From Lachnospiraceae bacterium UBA3814 (GTDB taxonomy: Bacteria > Bacillota > Clostridia > Lachnospirales > Lachnospiraceae): DNA of 64,000 bases. The position numbers were made by a program, and so were the translations under genes. This document shows positions 44,580-54,361 of the stretch, in pieces (within the stretch, counting starts at the first letter, position 1; the number at the start of each line of letters is the position of its first letter). The notes under the pieces are model-generated. The model was given only the letters and a program-made list of their open reading frames with translations, had not been told where the DNA came from and searched no databases. The stretch spans positions 1,300 to 65,299 of the forward strand of contig DFEA01000040.1 in NCBI GenBank assembly GCA_002368575.1, given 5' to 3'.

Positions 44580-45570
44580 TGGGCTCGTCCTCCGAAAAAT
44601 CCCTTATCGCCTTAGTGCCTATCACCTCAAACCACCTCATTGGAGATATCCCGTTTGCGGGCCGCTTGGCCATTATGTTTTCCTCTGTCAGGACCTCTCC
44701 CTTTTTGATATCACGCAGTGCTACGATGCTTTTTCTGGCAATGACTATATTCCCCGTTTCAGAGGGACTGGGTCTCTTCACACCGTCGCCCAGCGCCTTT
44801 TCTATATTTCTTATAGAGGAGACCATGGCCTTTAATTCATCAGGCTCAAGGCTTGCCCTGTGGTCGGGTCCCGGCATCCTGCGGCTTAAGGTAATATGCT
44901 TTTCTATGATCACCGCTCCCATGGCAACGGCCGCGATCGGGACCTCGATCCCCCTTGTATGATCGGAGTATCCCACCTCAAGGCCGAATCTCTCCCTCAT
45001 GGTCTTCATTGCGTTTAAATTTACATCCTCAAAGGGGGTGGGATATTCCGTATTGCAGTGCAGAAGCGTTATATCCTCCGTTCCGTTTTCCCTGAGCACA
45101 TTGATGGCGGCCTCTATCTCCTCCGGATAACACATTCCGGTAGACAGAACGACAGGCTTTTTCGTCCTTCCTATGGCGATAAGGTACGGCAGATGGGTTA
45201 TCTCCCCTGAGGGGATCTTCCAGAAGGGCATGTTGAAGGAGCTCAGGTATTCCACGCTGTCTACCGTAAAGGGCGTTGAAAGAAAGGTTATGCCCGTTCT
45301 TTTGCATTCCTCATTAAGCTCGTCAAAAGCGGAATAAGGCAGCGTAAGCTCTAAACACATATCCAGCTGGCTCCCCTCGGAGCCCGTGTTTTCCTTCTGG
45401 TAATCCGCCTTCTGCGCAAACTTTGACATTACATAGCTGGTCTTGCCGGTCTGAAACTTGACTATGTCCGCTCCGGCCTCTTTGGCAACATGTATCAGCT
45501 CCTTTGCGAGTCCCATATTTCCATTATGATTGATGCCCGCCTCGGCGATGATCAGTGTTCTGTTCCTCAT
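44569..45570 (-). CDS. neuB: N-acetylneuraminate (nonulosonate) synthase with C-terminal SAF domain
   Basis: LIIAEAGINHNGNMGLAKELI..VKFQT, WKIPSGEIT, VVLSTGM, LHCNTEYP, GYSDHT, and a SAF-like tail (IVALRDIKKGEVLTEENI). Confidence 0.85.
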   Translation of the reverse strand: MRNRTLIIAEAGINHNGNMGLAKELIHVAKEAGADIVKFQTGKTSYVMSKFAQKADYQKENTGSEGSQLDMCLELTLPYSAFDELNEECKRTGITFLSTPFTVDSVEYLSSFNMPFWKIPSGEITHLPYLIAIGRTKKPVVLSTGMCYPEEIEAAINVLRENGTEDITLLHCNTEYPTPFEDVNLNAMKTMRERFGLEVGYSDHTRGIEVPIAAVAMGAVIIEKHITLSRRMPGPDHRASLEPDELKAMVSSIRNIEKALGDGVKRPSPSETGNIVIARKSIVALRDIKKGEVLTEENIMAKRPANGISPMRWFEVIGTKAIRDFSEDEPIEL

Positions 45571-45658
45571 ATTTCCCCTTTCCGCGTTTTACTTTCCCGG
45601 CACCGGTACGCTTTGCAGCTCCTTCGCTCAGGCATGAGCTCCGGATACATGCCGTTCC

Positions 45659-46702
45659 TTACTTTACATTCAGATGTCTCTTCATCCGTTCCATTTCATC
45701 AAGCTGTCCCATATCCAGCCAGTCCTCTTCATTTACGAGATAGGTTCCCACCTTCTCACCATCCCTTATGCAATTTTCAATAACATCTGTTATGTCAATT
45801 TTGGTGTTTCTCGGGATTTTCTTAAGAAAGCCCTGCTCTATCACATACAGCCCCGTATTTGTATAGAACTCAAAGGAGGGCTTTTCGGTGATGCCCGTAA
45901 CTTTTCCCTGACTGTCCGTTTCAATGGTTCCATAAGGGATCGTCACCTTTTTTCTCGCACATACGATCGTTATCAGGTTTTTATCCGCCCTGTGCCTTTC
46001 GACCAGGTCGGCATAATCACACTGTACCAGTATATCACAGTTTGTAACGAATACAGTACTCTCATACCTTCCTTCGACAAGCTTCAGGCCACCGGCGGTC
46101 CCCCAGAATTCCGGTTCCTCGATAAAATCTATATCATAGCTGTTATCATTATCCTGAAAGAAGGATTTTATAAAATTCTTCTTATAGTTTACTATCATAT
46201 CAAAATGATCGCAGGAATATTCCCCGAACCTGGACATTATATGCTCGGTTATGGTTTTATTCCCGATCGGTATCAGGGGCTTTGGAAGTATTTCCGTGAA
46301 GGGCCTGAGCCTGCTGCCCTTCCCTCCCGCCATGATTATCACCGGGAGCGCGACCCTCCTTTTCCTGAAATAACGGTTGCTTAAAAACCTTATATCCAGG
46401 ATGCGGCCTTCCTCGTCCACTATCGGAAGAGCGGTGATACACTTTTCCCGCATTAAGCTGTCATAATCTATCTGCTCGTTTGCCGGAACGCTTATCGGAG
46501 AATAATTGGCCACCTCCTTTATGGGATGATCAAGATCGCCTCCCCTTATGATATAGCGACGCACATCGCCGTCGGATACCGCGGCGACGAGCTTATCATC
46601 CCTGCATACAAAAGCTACCGCATTCTCCCCCGCGTCTATGGTCTTCATAGTATCTACGATCTTTGTATCCTCTGAAACTATGTATAGTCCTAAATCAGTC
46701 AA
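45659..46702 (-). CDS. CBS-pair + sugar-phosphate nucleotidyltransferase (PtmE-like)
   Basis: N-terminal ~110 aa has a tandem CBS-like pattern. It is followed by VIIMAGGKGSRLRPFTEILPKPLIPIG, the NTP-transferase signature. Confidence 0.7.
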   Translation of the reverse strand: MTDLGLYIVSEDTKIVDTMKTIDAGENAVAFVCRDDKLVAAVSDGDVRRYIIRGGDLDHPIKEVANYSPISVPANEQIDYDSLMREKCITALPIVDEEGRILDIRFLSNRYFRKRRVALPVIIMAGGKGSRLRPFTEILPKPLIPIGNKTITEHIMSRFGEYSCDHFDMIVNYKKNFIKSFFQDNDNSYDIDFIEEPEFWGTAGGLKLVEGRYESTVFVTNCDILVQCDYADLVERHRADKNLITIVCARKKVTIPYGTIETDSQGKVTGITEKPSFEFYTNTGLYVIEQGFLKKIPRNTKIDITDVIENCIRDGEKVGTYLVNEEDWLDMGQLDEMERMKRHLNVK

Positions 46703-46713
46703 AGCAAACCCCT

Positions 46714-48051
46714 TTATCCTGTGATCCTTCTCAATCTGTCCTCTTTATCCCTTAAAAACCTCCTGTCAAACCTTGACAGACTGTCCTTGTATTTAATGAT
46801 ATTCTTCTTTTTCCAGGGCATGAGCACACATAAAAGTCTCCATATCCTGCAGACGGTATCATTATAAAGTGTGGTTTTTACATATGTAAGCTTAGTCCCA
46901 AGCTCCAGCCTCTTTTCCTCCTTTGTGAGGCGGACCCTCATTTTCTTAAGCCTTTCCTTATCCCTTAATAAGGCTTCCAGATAATCACATATCCCGATAT
47001 AGGCAGGCACATCGGTTTTTTTCCCGTATATCCTTTCCGCCTCCTCTTTGTTTACGGGATTCCATTCCGAGCTCATTGCAGACGGGTCATCCATGGCTTT
47101 TTCAAAAAGCTCGTAATCGGTTATATACCTGTCCCTCCGAAAGAGTGCTATCGCCAGGCCGCTGTCGATTATACCCTTTTCCTTTCCGAGCGCAAAGCAG
47201 GGTATCCCCAGATAAAAGGCCTCCATTACGGATGAGCTTATCCAGGTGGTGAAGGCGTCTGCCACATGTATCCACTGCTTTATTGAATACTTCTTGATGC
47301 AGACAAAATTATCATGCTTTTTTTCAAGCTCCTCTATTCTTCCGATGCTCTGATATTCAGAGGGATGAGGCCTGTAAATGAAGATCGTGTCATCGTGGGT
47401 GCTCAGATATCTGCTCCACCATTCCGTAAGCATTTCGGAGCATTCCGTTTCATAGTCGTACATGGTCTTCCAGAAATCACCGAATCTGTTCATCTTGTAG
47501 CGCAGGCTTTCCTCTGTCTGGCATTCCGATATGGTGCAGAAATCCGAAGCAAACAATATCCATTTTTTATTTACATCCAGCCCAAATTCCTCTGCCAGAT
47601 ATTTTTTATCATAAAAATAATCCTTAAAGCGGGGGCTGCAAAGATCGAACTGCACGGGCCCCGAGGGTATGATATATTCGTTCCTCACCCCTGCCCTTTT
47701 CATATAGCCGGCGGCGGTTTCTCCCCAGCACAGATGGGCTGCTTCCTTTGCCCTGCCCTGCGGAAGGAAGATGGATATATCGGCTTCATTGGAAAAGCCT
47801 ATCTGCTCCTCCTGAAGATTGACCCAGGCCGCCTCCTTGTAGGGAACAGAGCATAATGCCGACATCACATTGGTATCTCTGCAGCTTGGGACCACATATA
47901 TCCTCGGATGGTAAAAAAAGCTCTTCCAGAAATCCCTCCAGTACATATTTACGAGCTTTACCTTAAAGCCTCTTCTTTCCAGCTCGAGCTTTATGAGCAG
48001 ATCGTTTTCATAGCTCCTCTCAACCAGTTCATAAAAGATCAGACAGTCCAT
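46714..48051 (-). CDS. Putative surface-carbohydrate biosynthesis protein (candidate glycosyl/nonulosonate transferase), uncharacterised
   Basis: The N-terminus MDCLIFYELVERSYENDLLIKLELERRGFKV resembles the 'surface carbohydrate biosynthesis protein' family often found beside neuB/neuC-type genes; my recollection here is weak. Start set to ATG at 48051 (GAGAGGGG upstream). Confidence 0.35.
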   Translation of the reverse strand: MDCLIFYELVERSYENDLLIKLELERRGFKVKLVNMYWRDFWKSFFYHPRIYVVPSCRDTNVMSALCSVPYKEAAWVNLQEEQIGFSNEADISIFLPQGRAKEAAHLCWGETAAGYMKRAGVRNEYIIPSGPVQFDLCSPRFKDYFYDKKYLAEEFGLDVNKKWILFASDFCTISECQTEESLRYKMNRFGDFWKTMYDYETECSEMLTEWWSRYLSTHDDTIFIYRPHPSEYQSIGRIEELEKKHDNFVCIKKYSIKQWIHVADAFTTWISSSVMEAFYLGIPCFALGKEKGIIDSGLAIALFRRDRYITDYELFEKAMDDPSAMSSEWNPVNKEEAERIYGKKTDVPAYIGICDYLEALLRDKERLKKMRVRLTKEEKRLELGTKLTYVKTTLYNDTVCRIWRLLCVLMPWKKKNIIKYKDSLSRFDRRFLRDKEDRLRRITG

Positions 48052-48074
48052 TTTACCCCTCTCTGCGCTCACGC

Positions 48075-49844
48075 CTACAGGCCCGCCGGCTCCTGATCCT
48101 TAAATACCTCCCCGGGCCTTTTAAGGCTTACGGAGCCCTCGTTAACCTCATATATAAGATCACAGCTTCTTATGGTGGATAGCCTGTGCGCTATCACAAT
48201 GAGCGTCTTATTGCCCTGAAAGCTGTTTATCGCTTCCATTACAGCTGCTTCCGTTGCGTTGTCAAGTGCCGATGTAGCCTCGTCAAGGACCAGGACAGAG
48301 GGATTATGGTAAAGAGCTCTTGCGATCCCTATTCTCTGGCGCTGCCCCCCGGAAAGCATTACACCTCTTTCTCCCACTCTTGTTTCGTAGCCCTCCGGGA
48401 GCGTTTCAATAAATTCCTCAAGCTGCGCTTCCCTTGCGGCCCTCTTTACTTCCTCAGTGTTTATTTCCTGCTCGTCTATACCGAAGGCGATATTTTTGAG
48501 GATCGTATCATCTAACAGGTATATCTCCTGAGGAATATAACCTGTCATCCTGTGCCATTCATCCAAATGACTGTATATATCCGTTCCGTCCAGATAAATG
48601 CTCCCGGTCGAAGGGGTAAGCACTCCCAGCACCACATCCGCCAGTGTGGTCTTTCCCGCTCCTGACGGGCCTATCAGCGCTATGGAGGTGTTCTTTTTCA
48701 GGATAATGTTTACCGCTTCAAATACCGGCCTCTCACTCTCCGGATATCTGAAGGACACATTCCTTATCTCAACCTTATCCTCAAAGGTCAGCTCTCCCGG
48801 GATATTCCTCTGCTTTTCCGCCCTCTCCAGCTCCTCTATCTGTCTGAGATCCTCGTAAAGGGCATTGACAGAGGCTTTGGCATAGCTTAGGGTCCCCATA
48901 TATCCCGTTATCCGGTTAAAGGAGGGAAGCATACGGAACGCCGCGATGGCAAAGACCGAAAGCGTAGGTACAAAGCTCATAAGCTCCTCGGCGCTTCCGT
49001 AATATATCCTGAAGGAAAGGGTCACCAGGAGGCTGCATATGCACACGGATTCCATTATAGGCTTGGGAAGGTAATTGTACAGCTGCTGCTTTCTCTGAAG
49101 CCGGGCCTCGTATACGGCGTAGTCCTCATAGCTTTTAAGAAAGTATCCTTCTCTGTTGAAGACCTTGATGTCCTTAATGCCATTAAATATCTGCAGCGAG
49201 ATCTGCGTTCCCCTTGCTCCCGCCACCCTGGCCTTTTCACCCAGGTCTCCCAGTATCCTCCGAAGCCACGAGGCGGCCACCAGGATGAATATCAGCAGTA
49301 TCGCCGCTACCGACAATGTCGTAACGACATCCTGCCGTATCAGAAAGCCTATCAGGACTACACACACGCTTGCCTCTGTAAGCAGCTGAAGCCCGGCACT
49401 CACAAACTGCACGAACTGTGAAACATCAAGGCTTATGTTCCGCTGAAGCTCGGCGGTATTATGAATGACATGGAACAGATAAGACTGTCTGACATAAACA
49501 TTCATTATCTTTGTGGCCAGATATACCTGACAGCTCTTTGTGAAGCTTATAAGGGCGTTGTTCATATAGATAAGATAAACATTCTTTACTATATAGACGA
49601 CTATCAGGCACAGGGCCATGAACAGGACAAAGCCGGCTACGCTTTGAATCCCAAGCAGCTCCTTTACAAACGACAGGTACCTGTTTTCGTCTATCGCCGA
49701 CGGGTCCATAACGACCTCGACAAGCGGCAGGATCGCAGAAACGCCGAGAAGCTCGAGGCCTGTTCCGACAAGGATCACAAAAAACAGAAAGACCAGCCGC
49801 AGCTTTTGTTTTTTATTAAAAATATATCCTATACCTTTAAGCAT
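48075..49844 (-). CDS. MsbA/PglK-like ABC exporter (fused permease + ATPase), copy 2
   Basis: Paralog of 25368-27134. Walker A GPSGAGKTT, signature LSGGQRQRIGIARAL, Walker B VLVLDEATSALD. Confidence 0.8.
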   Translation of the reverse strand: MLKGIGYIFNKKQKLRLVFLFFVILVGTGLELLGVSAILPLVEVVMDPSAIDENRYLSFVKELLGIQSVAGFVLFMALCLIVVYIVKNVYLIYMNNALISFTKSCQVYLATKIMNVYVRQSYLFHVIHNTAELQRNISLDVSQFVQFVSAGLQLLTEASVCVVLIGFLIRQDVVTTLSVAAILLIFILVAASWLRRILGDLGEKARVAGARGTQISLQIFNGIKDIKVFNREGYFLKSYEDYAVYEARLQRKQQLYNYLPKPIMESVCICSLLVTLSFRIYYGSAEELMSFVPTLSVFAIAAFRMLPSFNRITGYMGTLSYAKASVNALYEDLRQIEELERAEKQRNIPGELTFEDKVEIRNVSFRYPESERPVFEAVNIILKKNTSIALIGPSGAGKTTLADVVLGVLTPSTGSIYLDGTDIYSHLDEWHRMTGYIPQEIYLLDDTILKNIAFGIDEQEINTEEVKRAAREAQLEEFIETLPEGYETRVGERGVMLSGGQRQRIGIARALYHNPSVLVLDEATSALDNATEAAVMEAINSFQGNKTLIVIAHRLSTIRSCDLIYEVNEGSVSLKRPGEVFKDQEPAGL

Positions 49845-49854
49845 ATTTTCTTAA

Positions 49855-49981
49855 CTGTTCAGTACCTTCACAGTTACGAGCCGCAAGCCCATAAAAATCG
49901 CCTTCGGCGATGGGACTTGCTATGGCTTATATAAGTTTTATCACGGACTACGCAGTAAATGCGTAGTCCTGTCCTGAACAG
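49855..49981. repeat. Compound hairpin element filling the whole intergenic gap
   Basis: Outer stem CTGTTCAG (49855-62) / CTGAACAG (49974-81). Inner hairpins at 49883-49920 (GCAAGCCC..ATCGCC-TTC-GGCGAT..GGGACTTGC) and 49945-49969 (GGACTACGCA-GTAAA-TGCGTAGTCC). Confidence 0.5.
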
Positions 49982-49984
49982 GTA

Positions 49985-51037
49985 CTATCTTTCTCTGTAA
50001 TAATGATATGCCATATAAAGCGTCACAGACCTTTTCAACAGCCTGTAGGGGCGGATGAGCCCGGGGTAATATTCCGAAAACAGGCGGTTTTTTTCCATGC
50101 CGGGACAGTTTGCCAGCACGGCACCCCTTATCTCCGACAGCAAACGGCGTCTTTCCTTAAAGCCCGCATTCACCCTCCATACATGCACAAGCCCCATGAC
50201 AAACACCTGTCCGAAATAACCAAAGCTTATCAGCTCTTTTCTGCTTTCGTATATACCAAGACGTCTGGCGGTCTTTAAAAAGAAATCACCCGCGCTCAGC
50301 CTGTCCTCTATCTTGTTTATCGTCATGTCATTACAGGTGGACCCGGGATTTACATAGTAATAATAAAGGGGCTCTGAAACTACCGCTATCCTTTTCGACA
50401 TAATGTAGAAATAAGCGGCGACGGCATTGTCCTCGTAAAAGATATTCTCAGGAAAGAACAGGTCATTATCGGTCAGGGTGGATCTTAAGTATATCTTGTT
50501 CCACATATTCTCACCGAGGCATATGGTCCTTTCCGTCTGCTCCGGGGTTATATCCCCCTCCCGAAAATTGGAAGGTACAAGCTCTCCCTCAGGAACTGAA
50601 AGGCTCCTATCCCTGACCGTAAGGCTATAGCAGGTCGCGCAGTCAGCACCGGTCTCCTCCGCCCTTCTGATAAGCTTATAATACATATCCCTGTGTACCC
50701 AGTCGTCCGAATCGACAAAGCCGATCCATTTCCCCGCGGCAGCTCTCAGCCCGGTATTCCTTGCCGCGCCCTGCCTGCCGTTTCTGTCCCGGGCTATGAC
50801 CCTTATAAGCTCCGGAAACCTGCGCTCATAATCCCTGAGGACATTAAGCGAATCATCGGTGGAGCAGTCATCGACAAATATCACCTCATATTTTCCAAGG
50901 GTGCCCACAGACTGGTCGATAAGCGACTCGACGCACTCGTTCAGCATGTTGTTTCTGTTCATATTGTATACAGGGACGATTATACTTAAGAGTAACGTAT
51001 CCTTCCTGTCACAAAGCATTTCGTTATCATCCATCAC
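49985..51037 (-). CDS. GT2-family glycosyltransferase
   Basis: LSIIVPVYN, VIFVDDCSTDDS and FVDSDDW motifs. Confidence 0.75.
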   Translation of the reverse strand: MMDDNEMLCDRKDTLLLSIIVPVYNMNRNNMLNECVESLIDQSVGTLGKYEVIFVDDCSTDDSLNVLRDYERRFPELIRVIARDRNGRQGAARNTGLRAAAGKWIGFVDSDDWVHRDMYYKLIRRAEETGADCATCYSLTVRDRSLSVPEGELVPSNFREGDITPEQTERTICLGENMWNKIYLRSTLTDNDLFFPENIFYEDNAVAAYFYIMSKRIAVVSEPLYYYYVNPGSTCNDMTINKIEDRLSAGDFFLKTARRLGIYESRKELISFGYFGQVFVMGLVHVWRVNAGFKERRRLLSEIRGAVLANCPGMEKNRLFSEYYPGLIRPYRLLKRSVTLYMAYHYYRER

Positions 51038-52022
51038 TTACGCGCTTCCTTACTGCCTCCCTTATATTGTACAGCAGCATCCAGGGCCCCGTCAGCATAA
51101 GGTTTGATGCCTTCCATCGGAAATAGTCCCATCCTGATCTTACCCCGGCTCTTAAGGCGTAGCGCCACCAGATATCCCCCCTTACGGCAGAGGAATAATG
51201 CCTCCTGTAGCCAGAGTTCCAGGGCCTCCCTCCCGTAAAGTGCATTATGCGGGCGTTCCTTAACACATTTGCCTCCTCCCTGTAATGCACGCTTCCCGTC
51301 TGGCAGTTATAAAGCATGGGGTCCAGGGCAAGTATCTCATCCGCAAAAAAGAAATTTATAAAATCCTGATCAGGATATATCAGATAATCATTGATCGAAT
51401 ATGTATAATCGATCAGCTCCTGTGCCCGGTATCTGTCCCTCAGGCCCTTTAGGTCCAGAAGGAGCACTCCCGAATTATAGTATTCTCTTGTAACCGGGCA
51501 GATACATTCTCTTTCCGCATCCGCCCGGGAGCACCTTACGAGGCTTAAAAATTCCTCCGGGCTTTTCCCCACCATTCCCTGTTTCAGCCTGTTTCCGAAG
51601 CTGAGTATGGCAGTATCCCGGCAGGCCCCTATCAGCCTGCCGTTAAGCTCTGAAGCATATAAGCCGGCCAGGCTTCCGTTCACGATGGTATCCGTATCCA
51701 GATACAGTATCCTTTCTACGGAGGCGTCAAGTATCCATGGGGAGTATATCCTGAAAAAGGTCTCCACAGGCCAGCGTTTAAGGTTAAACCCGTCAAGCCC
51801 TGCCTTAAAGTCCTTATCGATCTGAACAAGCTTCAGCTCCCCGTTATCGAATCTGTCAATGACCCCCCTGAGAATACCGATACCCTTTTCTGTAGGCATA
51901 TTGTCCCTTATGATATAAACGGATATGCTCTCCTCTCTGTTGTTTTCAAACAGAGATTCAAGCATGGCCGAAGCATAATCTATATAATTGTCGTCCAGAA
52001 GGATCAAAATATTCAGTGTCAT
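51027..52022 (-). CDS. GT8-family glycosyltransferase
   Basis: LNILILLDDNYIDYASAML, DxD in ILYLDTDTIV, and YYNSGVLLLDL. Confidence 0.7.
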   Translation of the reverse strand: MTLNILILLDDNYIDYASAMLESLFENNREESISVYIIRDNMPTEKGIGILRGVIDRFDNGELKLVQIDKDFKAGLDGFNLKRWPVETFFRIYSPWILDASVERILYLDTDTIVNGSLAGLYASELNGRLIGACRDTAILSFGNRLKQGMVGKSPEEFLSLVRCSRADAERECICPVTREYYNSGVLLLDLKGLRDRYRAQELIDYTYSINDYLIYPDQDFINFFFADEILALDPMLYNCQTGSVHYREEANVLRNARIMHFTGGRPWNSGYRRHYSSAVRGDIWWRYALRAGVRSGWDYFRWKASNLMLTGPWMLLYNIREAVRKRVSDG

Positions 52023-52993
52023 TGCGCACCTTTTGAAAAGAGCTTTGCAAGCTGCTTTTTTATTCCCTCCGGGTTAGCGTTTCTTAAAAGCTTTTTATAG
52101 AGGGTATCCGTATAGCTGTAGTAAAATTCCAATGACAGCCCTTTATCCACCTTAAGCCTTTCCGGCCTCCAGTCCTCCTTGAGATTTCGCTGCGCCTCCC
52201 TGAGGCTCTTCTTTTTAGTGTGAGTGGCGCTTTCACCGAAGCCCCTGTTTTCTATAAAGGTCTGAACGGGATATACTGTATACATATCTCTCAGACTCTG
52301 TTCATAGCACCATCGTATCGCCCAGGAATCGATAGCTCCGTTCATCTGGTCCTTAAGCATCTGCGCCATATCTCCGCCGCCGCGGTTAAGCCTCCTCTGA
52401 AGCCTGCTGTCCTTTAAAAACCTGTCATAGGAGGATACCTCCCAGTCTACGAGCCTCCACCGGTCCCTCCAGGTTCCCCAGCCCCAGCTGCATCCCCGAT
52501 AGCTATAGTAGATGTCATGAGGATAGCGCCTGAGCCTTCTGAGATACGGGGTATAGCCGCTTATGGACCAGATATCCGGAACATCCCTGTAATAATCGAG
52601 ACATTTTTTCATAAAGGACAGAAAATGCCTTTCGGTTATCAGGTCATCCTCCAGTACTATTGCCTCTCCAAAGCGCTCCATGATATCGCTTACACCCGAG
52701 ATAACGCTTGCGGCAAGGCCTTTGTTTGCGGGACTTGTGCTTATGTCAGTGCTTAAAAAGCACTTCCTTTCCCTAAGCTCCTCTGAGATCTCTACGCACT
52801 CACGTACCTTTTCAGCATCCCCGGCCTTACGCGGCCCGTCTATAAAAATAAATACCCGAAACTCCTCTGCTCCCGTATTCTTACAAAGAGCCCCAAGGGT
52901 CTCCCTTAAAAGCTTTGGTCTGTTATAAGCAAAAACCGCTATCGGCGGATTTTCATGATAAGCCTGAGTCATCTGTTCTACCGCCTGTATCAT
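52019..52993 (-). CDS. Putative GT-A-fold glycosyltransferase
   Basis: PPIAVFAYNRPKLLRETLGAL and IVLEDDL resemble GnT-I-like/GT-A enzymes (weak recognition). The start is uncertain; the ATG at 52972 is an alternative. Confidence 0.4.
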   Translation of the reverse strand: MIQAVEQMTQAYHENPPIAVFAYNRPKLLRETLGALCKNTGAEEFRVFIFIDGPRKAGDAEKVRECVEISEELRERKCFLSTDISTSPANKGLAASVISGVSDIMERFGEAIVLEDDLITERHFLSFMKKCLDYYRDVPDIWSISGYTPYLRRLRRYPHDIYYSYRGCSWGWGTWRDRWRLVDWEVSSYDRFLKDSRLQRRLNRGGGDMAQMLKDQMNGAIDSWAIRWCYEQSLRDMYTVYPVQTFIENRGFGESATHTKKKSLREAQRNLKEDWRPERLKVDKGLSLEFYYSYTDTLYKKLLRNANPEGIKKQLAKLFSKGAQ

Positions 52994-54263
52994 CCGCAGA
53001 GCAACACATCAGTTCCCTGTATATCCCCTTATATTCAAGATAACCTTTGTTTATGTCATATAAGGAGCCGGCATACTCTGCAGCGCTTTCGCACATATCC
53101 TGTACTGCCTCTCCCGCCTCAAACAGCTCCGAGATATACTCTGCCGCCCTTGCCGGCTCATCAAAGGGATAGAGGAAGCCGTCGATCCCGTCCCTTAACA
53201 TCGATCCGGTCCCACCTGCGTCACTTGCGACACAGGGAACCCCGAGGATCATTGCCTCTCCCAGCGAATTGGAGGAATTTTCCATGACGGAAGGCTGAAG
53301 ATACACATTTGACCGAAGATATCTTTCCTTCATTTCCTCCGCGTTAAGGCTTCCGGTAAAGCAGATATTGTCTTCAAGGCCGTAGTCTTTGATGCATTCA
53401 CATATATATTTCGAATATGAGTCCCGCTTAAGCCATTCCTTAAGGCCATGAGGGATCATGCCCTTTCCTGCGGCGTAAAGCCTGACGTCACTGTATTTCT
53501 TCTTTAACTCCTTTATTATCAGCAGTGCTATGTGCATACCCTTTACCGGATAATAGGACTGCGACATAAAGACCGAATGCTTTTCACATTCTGAATACCT
53601 CCAGCCCTCCCCGTTATAGAAGGGCCTTCTCAGGAATTCGCTTCCGTGAAAATACTTAAGTCCCGGATTTACCCGCATCACGGTATCGTGATCCCACCGG
53701 GTCCTCCCTATCACGTTCCTGCTTTCCCTTAAGGCTGCAAGCTCAAATTCTCCGCGCTTTAAAAATTTGAGCTTCTGTTCAAGGATGCTGTCTTTTCTTA
53801 TAAGGTCTCTGAAGGTATGTCTTCTGATCACCCTTTCAGGCAGAAGCTCCGTATATTTTTCTCCTATGAAATATATAAGGCCCTGGATCGAGATCACCGT
53901 TCTTTCCGGTCTTCCATAGGCTCTCAGCATGCAAAGGGTGTGAACATATTCCGTGCCCCAGATATGGACGATATCCGGCGAAAGCTCCCTGAGCACCGCG
54001 CGCAGGCTTTCCTCAAGCGCCTTATCGTACCTAAGCTCCGGGGACGGCTCTTCATAAAAGCCGAAATACCGAAGCTCTCCGGCTCTTCCTCGTACAACCG
54101 TTCTGCTGCTTTTCTGGGGATAGAATACGAACAGCTCGGTTTCCGGATCCTTCATAAGGAGCTCTGAAAGCTCATGACACCAGCCGCCGCCGTTTCCGTC
54201 CCTGATCCCCTCCTTATCCGCGATCCGGGGAAGTATAGAATTGACCATCCATGCTATTTTCAT
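52953..54263 (-). CDS. GT4-family (GT-B) glycosyltransferase
   Basis: C-terminal E-x7-E-type region SNSLGEAMILGVPCVASDAGG. The ORF-track start is TTG, so the ATG at 54263 (MKIAWMV) is used. Confidence 0.7.
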   Translation of the reverse strand: MKIAWMVNSILPRIADKEGIRDGNGGGWCHELSELLMKDPETELFVFYPQKSSRTVVRGRAGELRYFGFYEEPSPELRYDKALEESLRAVLRELSPDIVHIWGTEYVHTLCMLRAYGRPERTVISIQGLIYFIGEKYTELLPERVIRRHTFRDLIRKDSILEQKLKFLKRGEFELAALRESRNVIGRTRWDHDTVMRVNPGLKYFHGSEFLRRPFYNGEGWRYSECEKHSVFMSQSYYPVKGMHIALLIIKELKKKYSDVRLYAAGKGMIPHGLKEWLKRDSYSKYICECIKDYGLEDNICFTGSLNAEEMKERYLRSNVYLQPSVMENSSNSLGEAMILGVPCVASDAGGTGSMLRDGIDGFLYPFDEPARAAEYISELFEAGEAVQDMCESAAEYAGSLYDINKGYLEYKGIYRELMCCSADDTGGRTDDSGLS

Positions 54264-54361
54264 GCTGTTTTCATGCCGGTACAAGTGCAGGACCCGCAGG
54301 GGACAGGCAGTAAAGGCCGCAGCAACTCACCAAAGGGTGAACCGCTTTAAAGAGCCGCCTG

